DNA of 64,000 nucleotides from Phoronis australis. Taxonomy: Eukaryota > Animalia > Phoronida. The DNA lies in contig NMRA01000494.1 of NCBI GenBank assembly GCA_002633005.1, positions 260,878 to 324,877 of the forward strand. Direction: 5' to 3'. A program made the position numbers and the translations under genes. Each line of letters begins with the position of its first letter. Positions within the stretch are counted from its first letter, which is position 1. Under the pieces are notes generated by a model. That model was given only the letters and a program-made list of their open reading frames with translations. It was not told the DNA's origin and searched no databases. This document shows positions 51,625 through 64,000 of this stretch, one piece after another.

Positions 51625-52435
51625 CTACGAAAATAGTGTTTTGCATTGACGGATGCATTCTTTAAATAACTCAATTATTTTCAATAAATAATGGTGATAA
51701 ATACAATATTTTTAGTGAAAGCTACGCCTATGTACATGAAATCGGCTGTAGAGAAATATTTGCACATGATTAGTGAATTCCGTTTTGGCACTCAACATCC
51801 GCACTACCGTGACAATGAGACACTTCATTTTCAAGCTCGCCTGCCTTTGAACTAAGAGCCGCTGTAAAGTATCATACACGTCGATGGAGGTTCAAATACA
51901 GTGCGTCTCAAAAATGTTAACAAAAATATTCTAAACTATGAGCACCAAGGTATTGTTTAACTGGAAAAGATTGGTAACTTTCTTGCTGCAGAATTCTCGA
52001 AGTTTATTTTATAGTGTATAATGTACATGTAAAAGTTAGAAAATGTCTCACACTTAAATGTTACCTCAGAAAACTGAACATGTGAGTTTTATTTCCAAAC
52101 GCAAAACCAGCCTCCCGTTCAGCAATGCTAGGACCTTGCTAAAAAGAAGACTTCCTGAGATTACGTGACATACTGTCGTGTATTTTAAACGAGAACACAG
52201 TTTAATACTCCTGAGTTAGCAGTTGTATTGAAGAAAAACTACATGTATTTGGTATTTTCTCTTATAATGAATTGATTTTAGAAATTCAAAAACGTCTACT
52301 GTTTACTTTTCAAATTTAAAAAGTCGTGTTGGTCTTTAGCCTAACTTATTGTTATATTTTTACTTTACAACTCGAAAGACCACAAATATCTCATCCAGCG
52401 AGTCCAGAGACGCTTATGAATAGCGACTACCTCAC

Positions 52436-52635
52436 TTCAATCCTTGATGGCACCATGAAACCTTTGGTGTACCGAGTGCTTTGCTGGATACTCTGCTGTA
52501 AACGGTGCACACTTTCTCGTCCACTTGCGTGCAAATACTAGTAGCGTACGATTTGCGTAATAACCAGCTATGCAAAGTGACAGATACAATTTTCTTTGCA
52601 GTACAAATTGACTGTGGAACTTCCTTAGCGTCTGT
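52436..52635 (-). CDS. SAARP-like gene, exon 4
   Basis: Acceptor ttttttcgctcggcag and donor AA|gtgagg (phase 0-2). TDAKEVPQSIC...GTPKVSWCHQGLK. Confidence 0.7.
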
Positions 52636-53279
52636 CTGCCGAGCGAAAAAATGGAATTTCAGCATCATAAAAAGCCACATTAGTTCCCAATAAAACATAA
52701 AGTTTTATCACACCCGGCCCTACCTGATTTTTGTCTGCCTAGCGCAGGATTAGTCAACAAATTATTTTGCAAGAGTTTTGTCTTTCTGTCGATATCTAAC
52801 ACTAATACATTTCCGAAATCTTGGCCCTATAGGAACAAACAAGAACCTGAGTCTATGACAGTTTCTATAGTGCTCGGTCATTTCCGTACAGTGTATACAT
52901 GTAAGTCGGTGCCTAAAGTTCCGCTCAGATCATTTATTCATCAACTTACTTCGAAAACACACATTGTAGAAATATCGCACGTTTTACCAATCCCTTTTTA
53001 GAATGGTTAAAATTTAGCATCCTCCTCCGATCTCCCAACGTTGAGATGATCGCACGAATAACTTTTTTCCGAACAAGCGGCAAAAGCGCGTGGTCGCTAG
53101 GTGGCGTGACAAAGATTATAGCGTAAACAGCCGATTTTTAAAATGTAGTGCATTCTATAAATTTCTTGTGATCATCATGGCTCTTGCAGTAGTCAAACAA
53201 ATCTCACAGGCCAGGTTAACCTCTATGGATGGAAATTTGAATTACGTTTTACAGTCTGTCGGTAAGTTTCGCATGCTCA

Positions 53280-53400
53280 TGACGTATCGCCAGGATTTTG
53301 ATTGGCGGTTCACTGACCAATCAGAACGCAACATTTTTGACACAACTTCGGCTGCGTTTCCAAGCCGCCATTTTACCCGACAAACAACACGTTGTTGATG
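53280..53400 (+). repeat. Dispersed repeat; uninterrupted homolog of the sequence split by Kolobok at 34945
   Basis: Aligns to 34925-34944 joined to 36651-36735. Confidence 0.8.
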
Positions 53401-53804
53401 GCTTCACAATGGGGAGAGCTTGCGATAGATTAATTACAAACTGGGTTAGACGATCAATTACACTTAGTTTCGTTCTCGATCTCACCAACCACACTAAAGA
53501 ATTGTTTGTTGGGTGATTTTCATTCACAGATAGACCGAGACGCCACTTTTCTCTTGGTTCGCGTAGGAGTATTACTCTTACCGTGGCAATGCAACTTTGA
53601 TGTACAGCGTCGGGTTATCAGAGAAGCTATACCTGACCAACTTTGGGTAATCTGGTGACATCTCATAATACTTCCCGTCCACGTTCACCTAAAACAGGAA
53701 ACCATTGATTGTCACGTGACAAAGGTGACTCTCATTCAAGCCAAATTTTCTTCAATAGATCAAAACCAATTTTGTGCGCATAACATTACTCTATCATCGC
53801 TTAC

Positions 53805-53954
53805 TTTTCTGGAAATAGTTAGCACCCATTGGACGGTATCAAATTCTAGAAGGAACTTTCTTGGGAATTTTTCAGCGTCATCTATGCCTGATGTCTCTTT
53901 GGGTAACTCATAGAAAGTTTTCACTAGCATTTTCTCAGCCTTTGGATGGATAAC
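53805..53954 (-). CDS. SAARP-like gene, exon 3
   Basis: Acceptor ctctctcttcag and donor AAA|gtaagc bound a 150-nt phase 0-0 exon. VIHPKAEK...WVLTISRK. Confidence 0.75.
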
Positions 53955-55113
53955 CTGAAGAGAGAGCAGGAACAACTATCCATTACATATAAATTCAAAA
54001 TTGCTCAGTACAGTTGCTAGTCTTGAATTACAATCATGCCTATTTTAAATAGTAGTCGTTATTGCCGATCGTTGCATATACCTGTACAACAATCAAATAC
54101 AAATTGAGCCCTTCGTCGCCATAAATTGTCTTGAAGTTGACTTTGCTGCCAACAATGTACTGTATCTCACTGGTCATCATATAACGCCGATGTGGGTATG
54201 ATTTAAGGTATGAGGTGATAAAATGCTTTTAAAATCTTGTTTTGTGAAGAAAATGTTCCCCAAAACAAACCGAACTATGTCAGATTTGGGGAGTACGAAC
54301 GATCCCGGGTTACAAAGTGATACTGGAATTTCTCGGACCCACAATGCTGCAGTTCTCTGGCCTCGTATTCGTGCCGTAGAATTTCTCGTGTTATTTGCTG
54401 GTCCTATTTTTTCACGTTTTACTCGGGTGCTTTTGACATTTCAATGTCAGCGATGATTTACCTGGCTGCAGCGTTGACGGCAGCAGTTGAATAAATCTGA
54501 CAAGTGTCCGTGGTGCAATTTTCCCGACATGATTCTCCGATTAACCTTTCCCCAAGCCTTAAGACGACACTGATTGGCTTAGCTATTTGATGGCTAAATT
54601 GATCACCACCATCTTGAGGCTTGGGGACGAGATTGTCCTAAACTCAGCCAGAAGCGGTAGAGCTGAGGGAGACAAATCTCGCAGAAAAATCCCTTTTGAC
54701 TACCACTCAGGATTTTTACTCTCAGTATTTCGAACAAAGAGTCTTTACAGTTTTGATATTGACAAAATAAAATCGACCGTAGTAGTCGACGACTGGAGTA
54801 CTTCGTCGGAGCACACACATCTGCTAGATGTGGCCACGGTCTAACGAGATTTCACTTGCCGACATCAAATACACCTATACATACATTTAGTCAGTCGTGT
54901 ACATCATTTATCTTTATCAGTAGGGGAGCGAAAAAAGTACAAGTCACGAAAATTCACTTGGATGTTGCTGCATACTGATGCAGCACAAAAAGCGCAGTTG
55001 CCGTTTTACCGACCGGAGCCATCATATCTTGCCTCGTCTTGTAAATCCATGTGGTCATTTGACGCAGCGCCGTCATCAGACGTAGTTGTCCATACATATA
55101 TAGAACATAATCA

Positions 55114-55386
55114 CATATGCGCACCGAGAGGGGGCTTGGGGAGCTCGTTCGAACCCCCCAATTTGGCGAATTGGGCAAAAAGGTTCTCCTAGGTGAAACA
55201 AAAAGTGCGAGTAAATGAGACAAAAGTGCACAAAGTCCATAGGAAGTCGGCGCGGATGCACAATTCGAAGGCCTGAACCTAGTGCCCCCCTATTTAATGC
55301 TCGTTGATGTTTTTCAGTAAAACGTCCGCATAACAAAAAACTATAGCCCCCCCTACCCCCTATATTTTAGGCTGGGTGCGCGCATG
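55114..55386. mobile_element. Small hAT-like MITE
   Basis: catatgcgcacc ... ggtgcgcgcatg imperfect TIRs with G/C-run subtermini. No clear TSD. Confidence 0.5.
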
Positions 55387-56464
55387 AATGAAATCTACAA
55401 TAATATCTACATGTAAAGGTATAATTATAATGTACTATCTCTCAGCCACGAGAGATCCGTTGTATTTGTTTTGTCAGGTGCACACCCGCTAGCGTCACTA
55501 CGGTCCATGAAACAACTATGTCCGCCAGTGGCCGTCCTATGGAATTTCGCTAAACCATTTGTCTCCCTTTCCACGGTCTTTGTTAACGCCTTTGATTCAG
55601 CCGGCCGTTTTCTGGTCTCGGGAAAAAGAATATTTCTACCAGAGGATGTCCCAATGAGTGCATGACGCGCCCTATGTTGGCCCGTGTCGAGGTACGTCAT
55701 TGTTGAGTCATCAATTTTAAAAATCTGTTGTTTTCACATTAACTGATCATGTAAATTTGTATAAATACCATTGTACCTTGGTAAGCGCAGAGTGTGAATA
55801 TGTTACTTAAACTGCATTCCCAAGTTACTTGTACATATTGGTATGATTAGGATTAGAGGGCCGTAGGGAGGCAAAAATTATTGGGAAGACACAAACTACT
55901 CCTTATTTTTATCGCCATCACCTAATCGCCCCACCACCTCCCACCCTCCTCCGTTTTCCCGATGCCACCTTATTTGAACCGAACCAAAGCCCTGAAGTTA
56001 ACCATGCGGGAGTAGGTGTAACACCGAGGATGCAGCCATCAGGATTTGAGTAACAGTGAACCATCAAGGTTTCACAGAGAGCCACTGACGGGTAGTTGGG
56101 AGTTGCCTCAAGAACCTGTATCTGAGATTTTCAGTGTGCAAATGTAAAATTCGATGAACTAAAGCTAGTCGCTGGTCAGCTCAGCTCCACCCATGGTTCA
56201 CTTAAGTCGGGCAACTTAGCTCGCGCATGTACCTCGTACCCATGCGTCTGCGCTGGGTCTAAGGTCAAGATTTGTTCTGTTATGGTTCAGTTTCGGGAAA
56301 AAGTTCATTTTATTTTGGTCATTCTTTGATGGAATTTTTGAAAAGGTGAGGTCTTTGTGGCTGTTAAATAATCCCTTGCTGGTTGTCCAGTTTCTGGTTG
56401 CTGACGAAAATGATACAGGGTGTGTCCCAAAAATATACATACTTCACTGGAGTTCAAATTCAGT

Positions 56465-56598
56465 TCCCAGTCGTTATCCCCCTCATCTAGAACCCTAGTG
56501 AGTTCTATACAATTATCGCTAGAGGGGCATGACCCTAAATCCACTAGGGCTCTAGATTACGGGGAATAACCATTTCGTCTTTTAATAATATATATTAT
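56465..56598. mobile_element. Foldback element copy 3 (degenerate)
   Basis: cgttatcccc..atctagaaccctagtg / cactagggctctagattacggggaataac, followed by taataatatata. Confidence 0.7.
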
Positions 56599-56755
56599 AC
56601 AGAAAAACTTTTGGTGGAATTGCCATTCAGGCACTATGACAATGAAAAGGTGACGTCAAAGAACGTCTTAATTTCTTTATAACTGACCTGGATTTCGACA
56701 ATGAGTGTTAGCATTGATCGTTCAAACAAATGTTTGTTGAAACCACTTACTGTAC

Positions 56756-56881
56756 CTTGTATGTCAATTCTAATAGTTCACCGGAAGTTGTCCAGTTCCA
56801 CCCAGACAGGAGTGCCGACATTCTGACGTCACCACTCTTCACTGAAACTATCTCGTCAGCTGTTGAAGTTGTGCCATCTTC
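56756..56881 (-). CDS. SAARP-like gene, exon 2
   Basis: Acceptor ctttcactttctcaccag and donor AAG|gtacag bound a 126-nt phase 0-0 exon. EDGTTSTADEIVSVKSGDVRMSALLSGWNWTTSGELLELTYK. Confidence 0.75.
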
Positions 56882-57796
56882 CTGGTGAGAAAGTGAAAGA
56901 GTGTGCTACTGAGATGAGTCATCAAGTGCAAATGATGACCTTGTCTTTAATAGTGTTGATGTAATTCTGCAGTGGTTTAGACATGTCGTTGTGTTTTGAA
57001 CAGTCCTTATAGGTCCGTAAACGTACATAAAGCTGCAATCTGTGTTAATGATTAATGCAGTGTTCACAATAATTGTTTTTGCTGAGGATGTGTAGCTGGA
57101 ATAAAGACACATCGTTCAATTTATAGGGTGGACTCGAAGAAATTCCATGAAAAGGGTCAGTCACCGTTTTAACAGCCAAGAAATGTTACTTTTGTAGAGG
57201 TTACATGTAATTCCACAGAGCAAACCATTTCGTTGAAATTCGTCATGGCAACCATCTTTAAGCTATTAAGTCTGAAACAGTCCAGGAATAGATACCATGT
57301 TGTCAAAAATGATTGCAACTTTGAACAAACCAGGTTTTCAAAATGTTTAATATCATGAGGTCTGCCTGACTGTACATTCTATTAATAGATCCTTTATAGA
57401 TGTTTGCTGTTCAATAGAAGGGTAATCTTTTGCCGTTAAGTTCCAAAATTCCAAAATAAACCGTTTTAGGAAGTTATGTCACAATGGTACTCTTTAGTAT
57501 GAAATGTGATTAAACAAGAATCGTTTCGTGAAGAGTTTTGTGGGGAGTCTGGTCGTGAAAATGAACTGCAAGTCCCGCACATCTTTAATGATCAATGATT
57601 CAAACAGGCCAGAAATCGGAAGCTATAGTTCCACTTGATGAGACTGACTGCCTTTGCAATCATTTGTGTGAAAGCAGCGGTTTTAGAGTATTTAAAATTA
57701 TCATTAGATGGTCATGCATAAGACCAACACTATCATTCATCCGAATAGGGGATTGATGAAAAAATCCCATAAATTTGTGGACACTTACATGTACTA

Positions 57797-59237
57797 CAAT
57801 GGGGCTATTTGGAGAATTCTCCTCGCGGTGTCGCTGCTGTACTAGTGGTGATTAAATTGCGCATGCGTGGCTGTCTGCATGTAAACAACTGGTAAAAGAT
57901 GGAATTTTTATCAAAATTCGTACTCGCGCTAAGCCTTATTACTGCTAATTTCCCTGGTGCAAGTCTTCGACAGGTGGCCACAAATTCCCAAAAGACCTAA
58001 GGTTACTATATTCGTGGACAATTGTGGTCAACAGGGTCAACTAACTGACAAAAAGTGTGTGGATGCTGAAGCCCCGTGTGTGCTCTATGTCTATGACTAT
58101 GTAGTTCCATTCGGAGACTACACAACATTACTTGGTAAGTTTTTAGCAATCAGTTTCTATCAACATCGTTCGGTGATGTTATCCCCACCAGTTACCCCAC
58201 TGAATAACAGTTTTATTGAGTGGAACTAAGTGTTTCTTTTTGGAAACTCACCCGATGCCGGGTAGGCTAGCAGCACATATTCATANNNNNNNNNNNNNNN
58301 NNNNNNNNNNNNNNNNNNNNNNNNNNNNNNNNNNNNNNNNNNNNNNNNNNNNNNNNNNNNNNNNNNNNNNNNNNNNNNNNNNNNNNNNNNNNNNNNNNNN
58401 NNNNNNNNNNNNNNNNNNNNNNNNNNNNNNNNNNNNNNNNNNNNNNNNNNNNNNNNNNNNNNNNNNNNNNNNNNNNNNNNNNNNNNNNNNNNNNNNNNNN
58501 NNNNNNNNNNNNNNNNNNNNNNNNNNNNNNNNNNNNNNNNNNNNNNNNNNNNNNNNNNNNNNNNNNNNNNNNNNNNNNNNNNNNNNNNNNNNNNNNNNNN
58601 NNNNNNNNNNNNNNNNNNNNNNNNNNNNNNNNNNNNNNNNNNNNNNNNNNNNNNNNNNNNNNNNNNNNNNNNNNNNNNNNNNNNNNNNNNNNNNNNNNNN
58701 NNNNNNNNNNNNNNNNNNNNNNNNNNNNNNNNNNNNNNNNNNNNNNNNNNNNNNNNNNNNNNNNNNNNNNNNNNNNNNNNNNNNNNNNNNNNNNNNNNNN
58801 NNNNNNNNNNNNNNNNNNNNNNNNNNNNNNNNNNNNNNNNNNNNNNNNNNNNNNNNNNNNNNNNNNNNNNNNNNNNNNNNNNNNNNNNNNNNNNNNNNNN
58901 NNNNNNNNNNNNNNNNNNNNNNNNNNNNNNNNNNNNNNNNNNNNNNNNNNNNNNNNNNNNNNNNNNNNNCGACATCGGCGAGTGCCTCAGTTAACAGGCA
59001 TCGGTAGAATAATCATGGAATAATCGTAAAAATAATCACAAACCTTACCTTTGTATGAGGTCGTGTTTACTTCCTCTCATAGAAGCACCCTTTTTACGCA
59101 ATCTCAGATTCAGTTGGCACGGCTGCAAGCCATTTCACCATGTATTTAAAGGGCTCGCGAAATCGAGGCTGTTAATCTATCACCACTAGTACACGCACGC
59201 CCTCTAGTTATTGTAGATTTTCCTAATAGCCCCATTG
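57797..59237. mobile_element. TIR element spanning the N-gap
   Basis: caatggggctatt...gtactagtggtgat / atcaccactagtac...aatagccccattg inverted ends. Confidence 0.55.
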
Positions 59238-59603
59238 TTCTGGCGACGATGCAGAACCCACGCTAAGTTCCGCTCACAAATGAGGATTAATAATTTTCCG
59301 TTTTGTCGTTGATGATTCCAGCAATATTTGAAGGTGAACATAAAGTACTTCGAATGATTCGTTAAAACTTAGGAGAGCGTCGTTGATAAGCTACAGTATG
59401 ATTCACCTGATACTTTAAATACTGCGAATGGATTTCATGATTCTTCAATTCCTTTGATATTGCTACGTTCAAGATCCATAAAAAAACGATTTGTTTCATT
59501 TCTTGGCCTGTGAGCGCGATTCTCACAAAAAAGACGAAATAATGCAGCTTAATCAGACCGGACGCAGTTTTGGTCAACAAAATTCTAATTATTATTAATT
59601 TAA

Positions 59604-61241
59604 AGGAGCATGCCACCCAAAAAACAAACTAAGTTGTATCAATTTAGATGGAGTAGTTCTACTCCATAACGACACGTACAGTTGCGTTACATGACACCTG
59701 ACGGCAGACGGAAGAGTTGAGATTATCCAATGACGTCATCGGTTTCACACGCAGTCTGTTCAGTAGTTCACAACACGGGTTACTGGTGTCAGCTTAACGC
59801 TTGAAGTCATCGTTTAACATCAATAAATCATCAAACTTCAATGTAAAACCCTTAAAAATACACCGAATTCTTATAAAAACGTGTTGTTTTATTTCGCTCT
59901 TACGGTTTAATTGGTGTTTGACCGGACACACCGTAGCTTACAAAGTTTGGCAGGCCAATAAGGTCCGTAGCAGCTAGGAGTTTGGGGTGTGTTCAGAGAT
60001 AATTTCGAAGTATTTTCCTTGAGATACAGACAGGAGAACCTAGATCTGTGTTGTTTAGACTTGTAGACTTGTGATTTTTTTAGTTCTAAACACAAAACGC
60101 TTGTTATCCTGGCCAGTGGCTCGGAAACTGATCAAACATCACGAACATAAACCAGCCAAAGTTCAGTGGAAACTAAACTTCCAGTCAAGAAAATACTATA
60201 ATAGTGAGCTAAAGTAATGTGCCCGTGATTATGTTGGTGAATTAGCCACGAAACTTCAAACCTACTTACTCGTGGGTGGCCGTGAATTCAGGTTCCGCTT
60301 TGGCCACAGTATCGTCAGGGCAGAAGTTGTACATTGACAATCATTTTTTGAGTAATGTAAATGTAAATAAAGATTCCCCTAACACCAGGTCATGGGATGG
60401 AAATCGAGTTGTTTCACAACAGTTTTTGCCAGCCAACACTAAATTAGCATGAGCTCCCCACACGGCCTCGGTGACCCGTCAATTAGTTCTATTGCACCTA
60501 AAGCCGGTAACGCAGTGATTTATTCATTGCTGGCTTCTCAAATCATTTGCTCTCACGAAAACTCCAAAGGAATTACAAATTGCATATAATGAGACAGACT
60601 TTGTTTCAGTTTTATATAAGTATTGGTTAGGGTGAGAATAATTCATTTTGAAACAGAACGTTCAGTAATAAACGCCAACACAGCAATTCGCAATCCCGAC
60701 TTAGGACGAGCTTGAGCTCATCAGTCCCGACTTCGCAGGTGGATCGTTAAGTTTTACAGGCTATCAATTCGAACAGGAATACAGTGATGAAGAAATACTA
60801 GAGAGGCGCCGTGAACAAGCTCAGACAACAGAATGTATGGAGTTATTTGGTAAGCTGGCATTCATGAGGCACTGTCGACGTCTGCATGCCACAGACACGG
60901 AGATGTTTCACGGCCTCATACTTGCTATTTACAGCGTACATTTCATTCTTCATTACCATGAGCCACTTCCTAAGCATTTCAGACTCTCCAGGAAGCAAAA
61001 AAAAAACGATATACCCGCTTTCCTCGGAGCTGCTTAGTTCGGACAAGCCGGAACGATGCACCGCAACATAGCGGCATTCACTCTGGATATGAACCACTGA
61101 CGTCGCTAGCGTTGTTTCTCACATTCCTCACAGGTTAACGCGACACCTCTTGGCAAGGTAAGGTCGACTGTATGCGAGGCGATGTGGATATAGACCGATT
61201 AAGACGGCAAAATAGACTAATAAATCGGGTGGCATTCTCCT
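59604..61241. mobile_element. Second, older Kolobok deletion derivative
   Basis: TTAA TSD and TIR AGGAGCATGCCACCC / GGGTGGCATTCTCCT. + strand GYQFEQEYSDEE (KolX-like start, ~60759) converges on a - strand THAP remnant (MPLCC...FFLLP...RKWL...LRVC, 60880-61080). Confidence 0.75.
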
Positions 61242-62280
61242 TTAAAACCAAAGACTTAGACTACAGGTGTTTCAACAGAACAACATAATTTGGATGTCGT
61301 AAAGGGTCTTTCGTTTAAGATACTTGCGTAAGATCAAAAATTGACATGCAGAGTGTATTTTTGTCTCTTTTTCATGAGGGTTGATTCCGTCTATGAGCTT
61401 AAACAAGAACTATTTTGTAGTCTAGACTTCTACTCCAAAAATTTCCTAGCCTTAAATTGAATATTTTAATAGGGTATTCAATCGGAAATTTTGCTCTTTC
61501 GTGAAAATGGGTCAGTGAAATATCCTATCATCTCTGTGGCACGTCCCGAGCACGTATTACGTCGTGATGGTAATACCCCCCGGGACTTGCACAAACAACT
61601 GAGGAAACAAATGGTATAAATCGTCCAGTGCTACAATTAGAGTAATTAGGCTAGGTAGGTAATCACTTACCAGTCTGAACGTAACTCATTTTTTTTTCTT
61701 TGCTCAAGCCACTGTTTTGTCGTGTATAGAACAAATGGGCGGCGTATCATGGTGATCTCCAGCACGTCTTTACAAGATTCCAAATCTTCAGTTTGATTTC
61801 AATTCGTTACTAATTACATGAAATGACATTTAGTGTTCCTGCTTTTTTAAAATGGCAAAATCGTACGTCCTGTTATTTCGATACGGTCGTTACGCAGATG
61901 AGAGCTTTGGGTTTGTAAGGAATTTTTCAATTTGTTGTTCCTAAAATGGCGCCACGTGACTGACAGGTTACCAAGCTATATGTATAACGAACATAGCAGT
62001 TTGAAGCTCATCGATAAGTTCTGAAACACATTTCGTATAAGCGATAAGTGGTCTGAATCAAACGATGTTTATGAAGTTTATGAAGTTGGAAGGTTCCATT
62101 GTTGCTTTGGTAAAACAGCTGCAGGCGCACAATAATCGGTTTCAGTGGGCAGTTTATCTACAGTATGTTTTTCCTTCGGGTTTTCAGTGGGATAAATGAA
62201 TGGAACTCGGGTGAACTTCTTCATCAAGGCAAGTTGATTTCGAAGTCAACTTATTTTGCATTCAGTGCTTTCAGGCTTAC

Positions 62281-62592
62281 CATAAATACAAAAAAATCTG
62301 CGGACACCATGAAATTGTCTGACACCTTGGGCATGTAGACTTCGACTGGAAGATATTTGGTTGGTATGTCCTGTATACTGTAAAGACTCTCGGACATCAC
62401 GTCAAAGGGAGTCAATTGGAAATCCAAGGCAGTTACTCGATGCCCGCTGTCCACTACAGTTTGCTGACCATCCAGTTCTCTGATGTACTCTATTTTAACC
62501 CCAACCGAAGTTTCGCCAAGGTGTTTCATGTCGTTTATTGTTGTACCAACCGACAACTTGCCGTCTGTGCTGAAAACATTGTCGCCAACCAT
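62281..62592 (-). CDS. SAARP-like gene, exon 1 (5' end uncertain)
   Basis: VKIEYIRELDGQQTVVDSGHRVTALDFQ...IQDIPTKYLPVEVYM...FFVFM. Donor ATG|gtaagc, phase 0, joins exon 2 in frame. Confidence 0.75.
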
Positions 62593-64000
62593 TTATAGAG
62601 ATGTGAGTTAATTCAATAGAACAGATACCCAATAATGAAAAGTCTCAAAGTAGTCCATCCACCTATCTGAAGTTGACTCACACAAAACACATTTTATATT
62701 AATTTGAATTACGGGTACGGAGTTGGTTCGCTAAATCAGTGTAGAGTAGTTCTCTCGCCACTAGGAAAATCTAGCCAAAATTACATGTTCTCGTTTGAAA
62801 AACACGACAATATCTCACGTAATGTGGCAAAATTTGGCTTTTTAGCCCGGTCCTAGCGCAGGCCCAAAGCGTTACTGAACTATACCCAGACCTCCTTTGA
62901 GACAAGACACTATATAAACGCAGCTCACGGTTAGCGAGTAATTACATGTACATAAATATGTGTACGTGTAGTTATTATTTCGCGACCTCTGGCTGTACGT
63001 GTATTTAATATTTTCAAGTTCTCCATTATTCATGTCATTTTCTGTGATCTTCCTGAGATAAATATGTATCATGCTACTACTCAGTAATGCCAATAGGTCG
63101 CAGCTTCTTGTCTCTATGAAATGTTGAAAGTCGCGTAAAAATAAAATGGTAGCTTGCTAAGATTAAAATCTGATCAAATGACATCGTTTTCGTTATGCTC
63201 ACCCTAATAAAAGCATGAACAACATGGTGATTAATAAACCAGGAAATGAAATTTGGATCTAATACGACCCGAAACCTTGCCGCTTAAAGCAAGCTGGAGA
63301 CCTCGGTGCAGCAAAACAGGAATAAAAATATCTAATAAGAAAGGAAAGAAGCATCGGAGGTGATATACGACATGTGTAGATGGATCGTCTGGCGTATCAT
63401 TTGCATCAAATTTCACCCTCGGGATCGATCTATATTCGTACCAAAGTGAAATCTCGTGTAAGCGTGCTGGAAGGAAGTTTAGTTACAAGTTCGAAAGGTT
63501 GATGCGGCAGAGCAATATCAGCGAGAAAACATTTGAGATCAACGAGTGGCTAAAAATCGCCTTTTGATGAAAAATATTGAAGAATTTTTCGTCTCTTACA
63601 TGTACATGTGGTCCAAAACGTACGTGGAATTTCGTCGAAACATGTTATATGCAAAAAATCTCTCAAAACTGCCACAAGATGGATTGTCCAGTTGAGAGAA
63701 AGATCTGACTTATCAAGTGTCATTGACGACCATGGGGGACACTAGAAGAAACACTCTGGGAAAATTGCATTTAATCGGTGAGGTTACGGCACTTGACTGG
63801 TCGTTTGTTACACCAGGAGGGACTTTCACTGTTCTGGTCTGAATGAGTGGATTCGCCATTACAGTGTCCTGGCCTCTAAAGTCCAATAAATGAGAAACCT
63901 GTTGGTGTTACAATGAAACAGTGGACTATCCCGTGAGTATACAACGTTATATGGACCTCTGGAGAGAAATGTTACACCCTCCGTCGGGATCGGTCAACAT

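Noticed and set aside
57100-57360. Possible WSC-like exon upstream of SAARP-like exon 2
   Set aside because: Stops in all frames, and exon 1 splices directly to 56881 in frame.

Overview
AT-rich, intron-containing animal DNA from a draft assembly with three N-gaps. It is probably a marine invertebrate, possibly a mollusc; the taxon is inferred, not established. Most ORFs in the supplied track are noise or N-gap artefacts. Manual splice-phase reconstruction recovers three multi-exon genes. (1) + strand, 8485-14651: signal peptide + PAN/apple + TLDc, with one in-frame TAA in the PAN exon. (2) + strand, 32358-41906: a 67-aa CS-alpha/beta defensin-like precursor on three small coding exons ending in GKR. 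It is entirely missed by the ORF track. (3) - strand, 51015-62592: a ~465-aa protein resembling coral skeletal aspartic acid-rich proteins (SAARP), with a Ser/Thr-rich stalk and a GPI-like tail. There is also a C-type lectin/PAN pseudogene. Transposon debris is abundant: Kolobok, Academ, Harbinger, a DIRS/Ngaro-like element, L1/Tx1, tRNA-derived SINEs, a probable solo LTR and foldback MITEs. All family assignments come from motif recognition by eye, not database searches.
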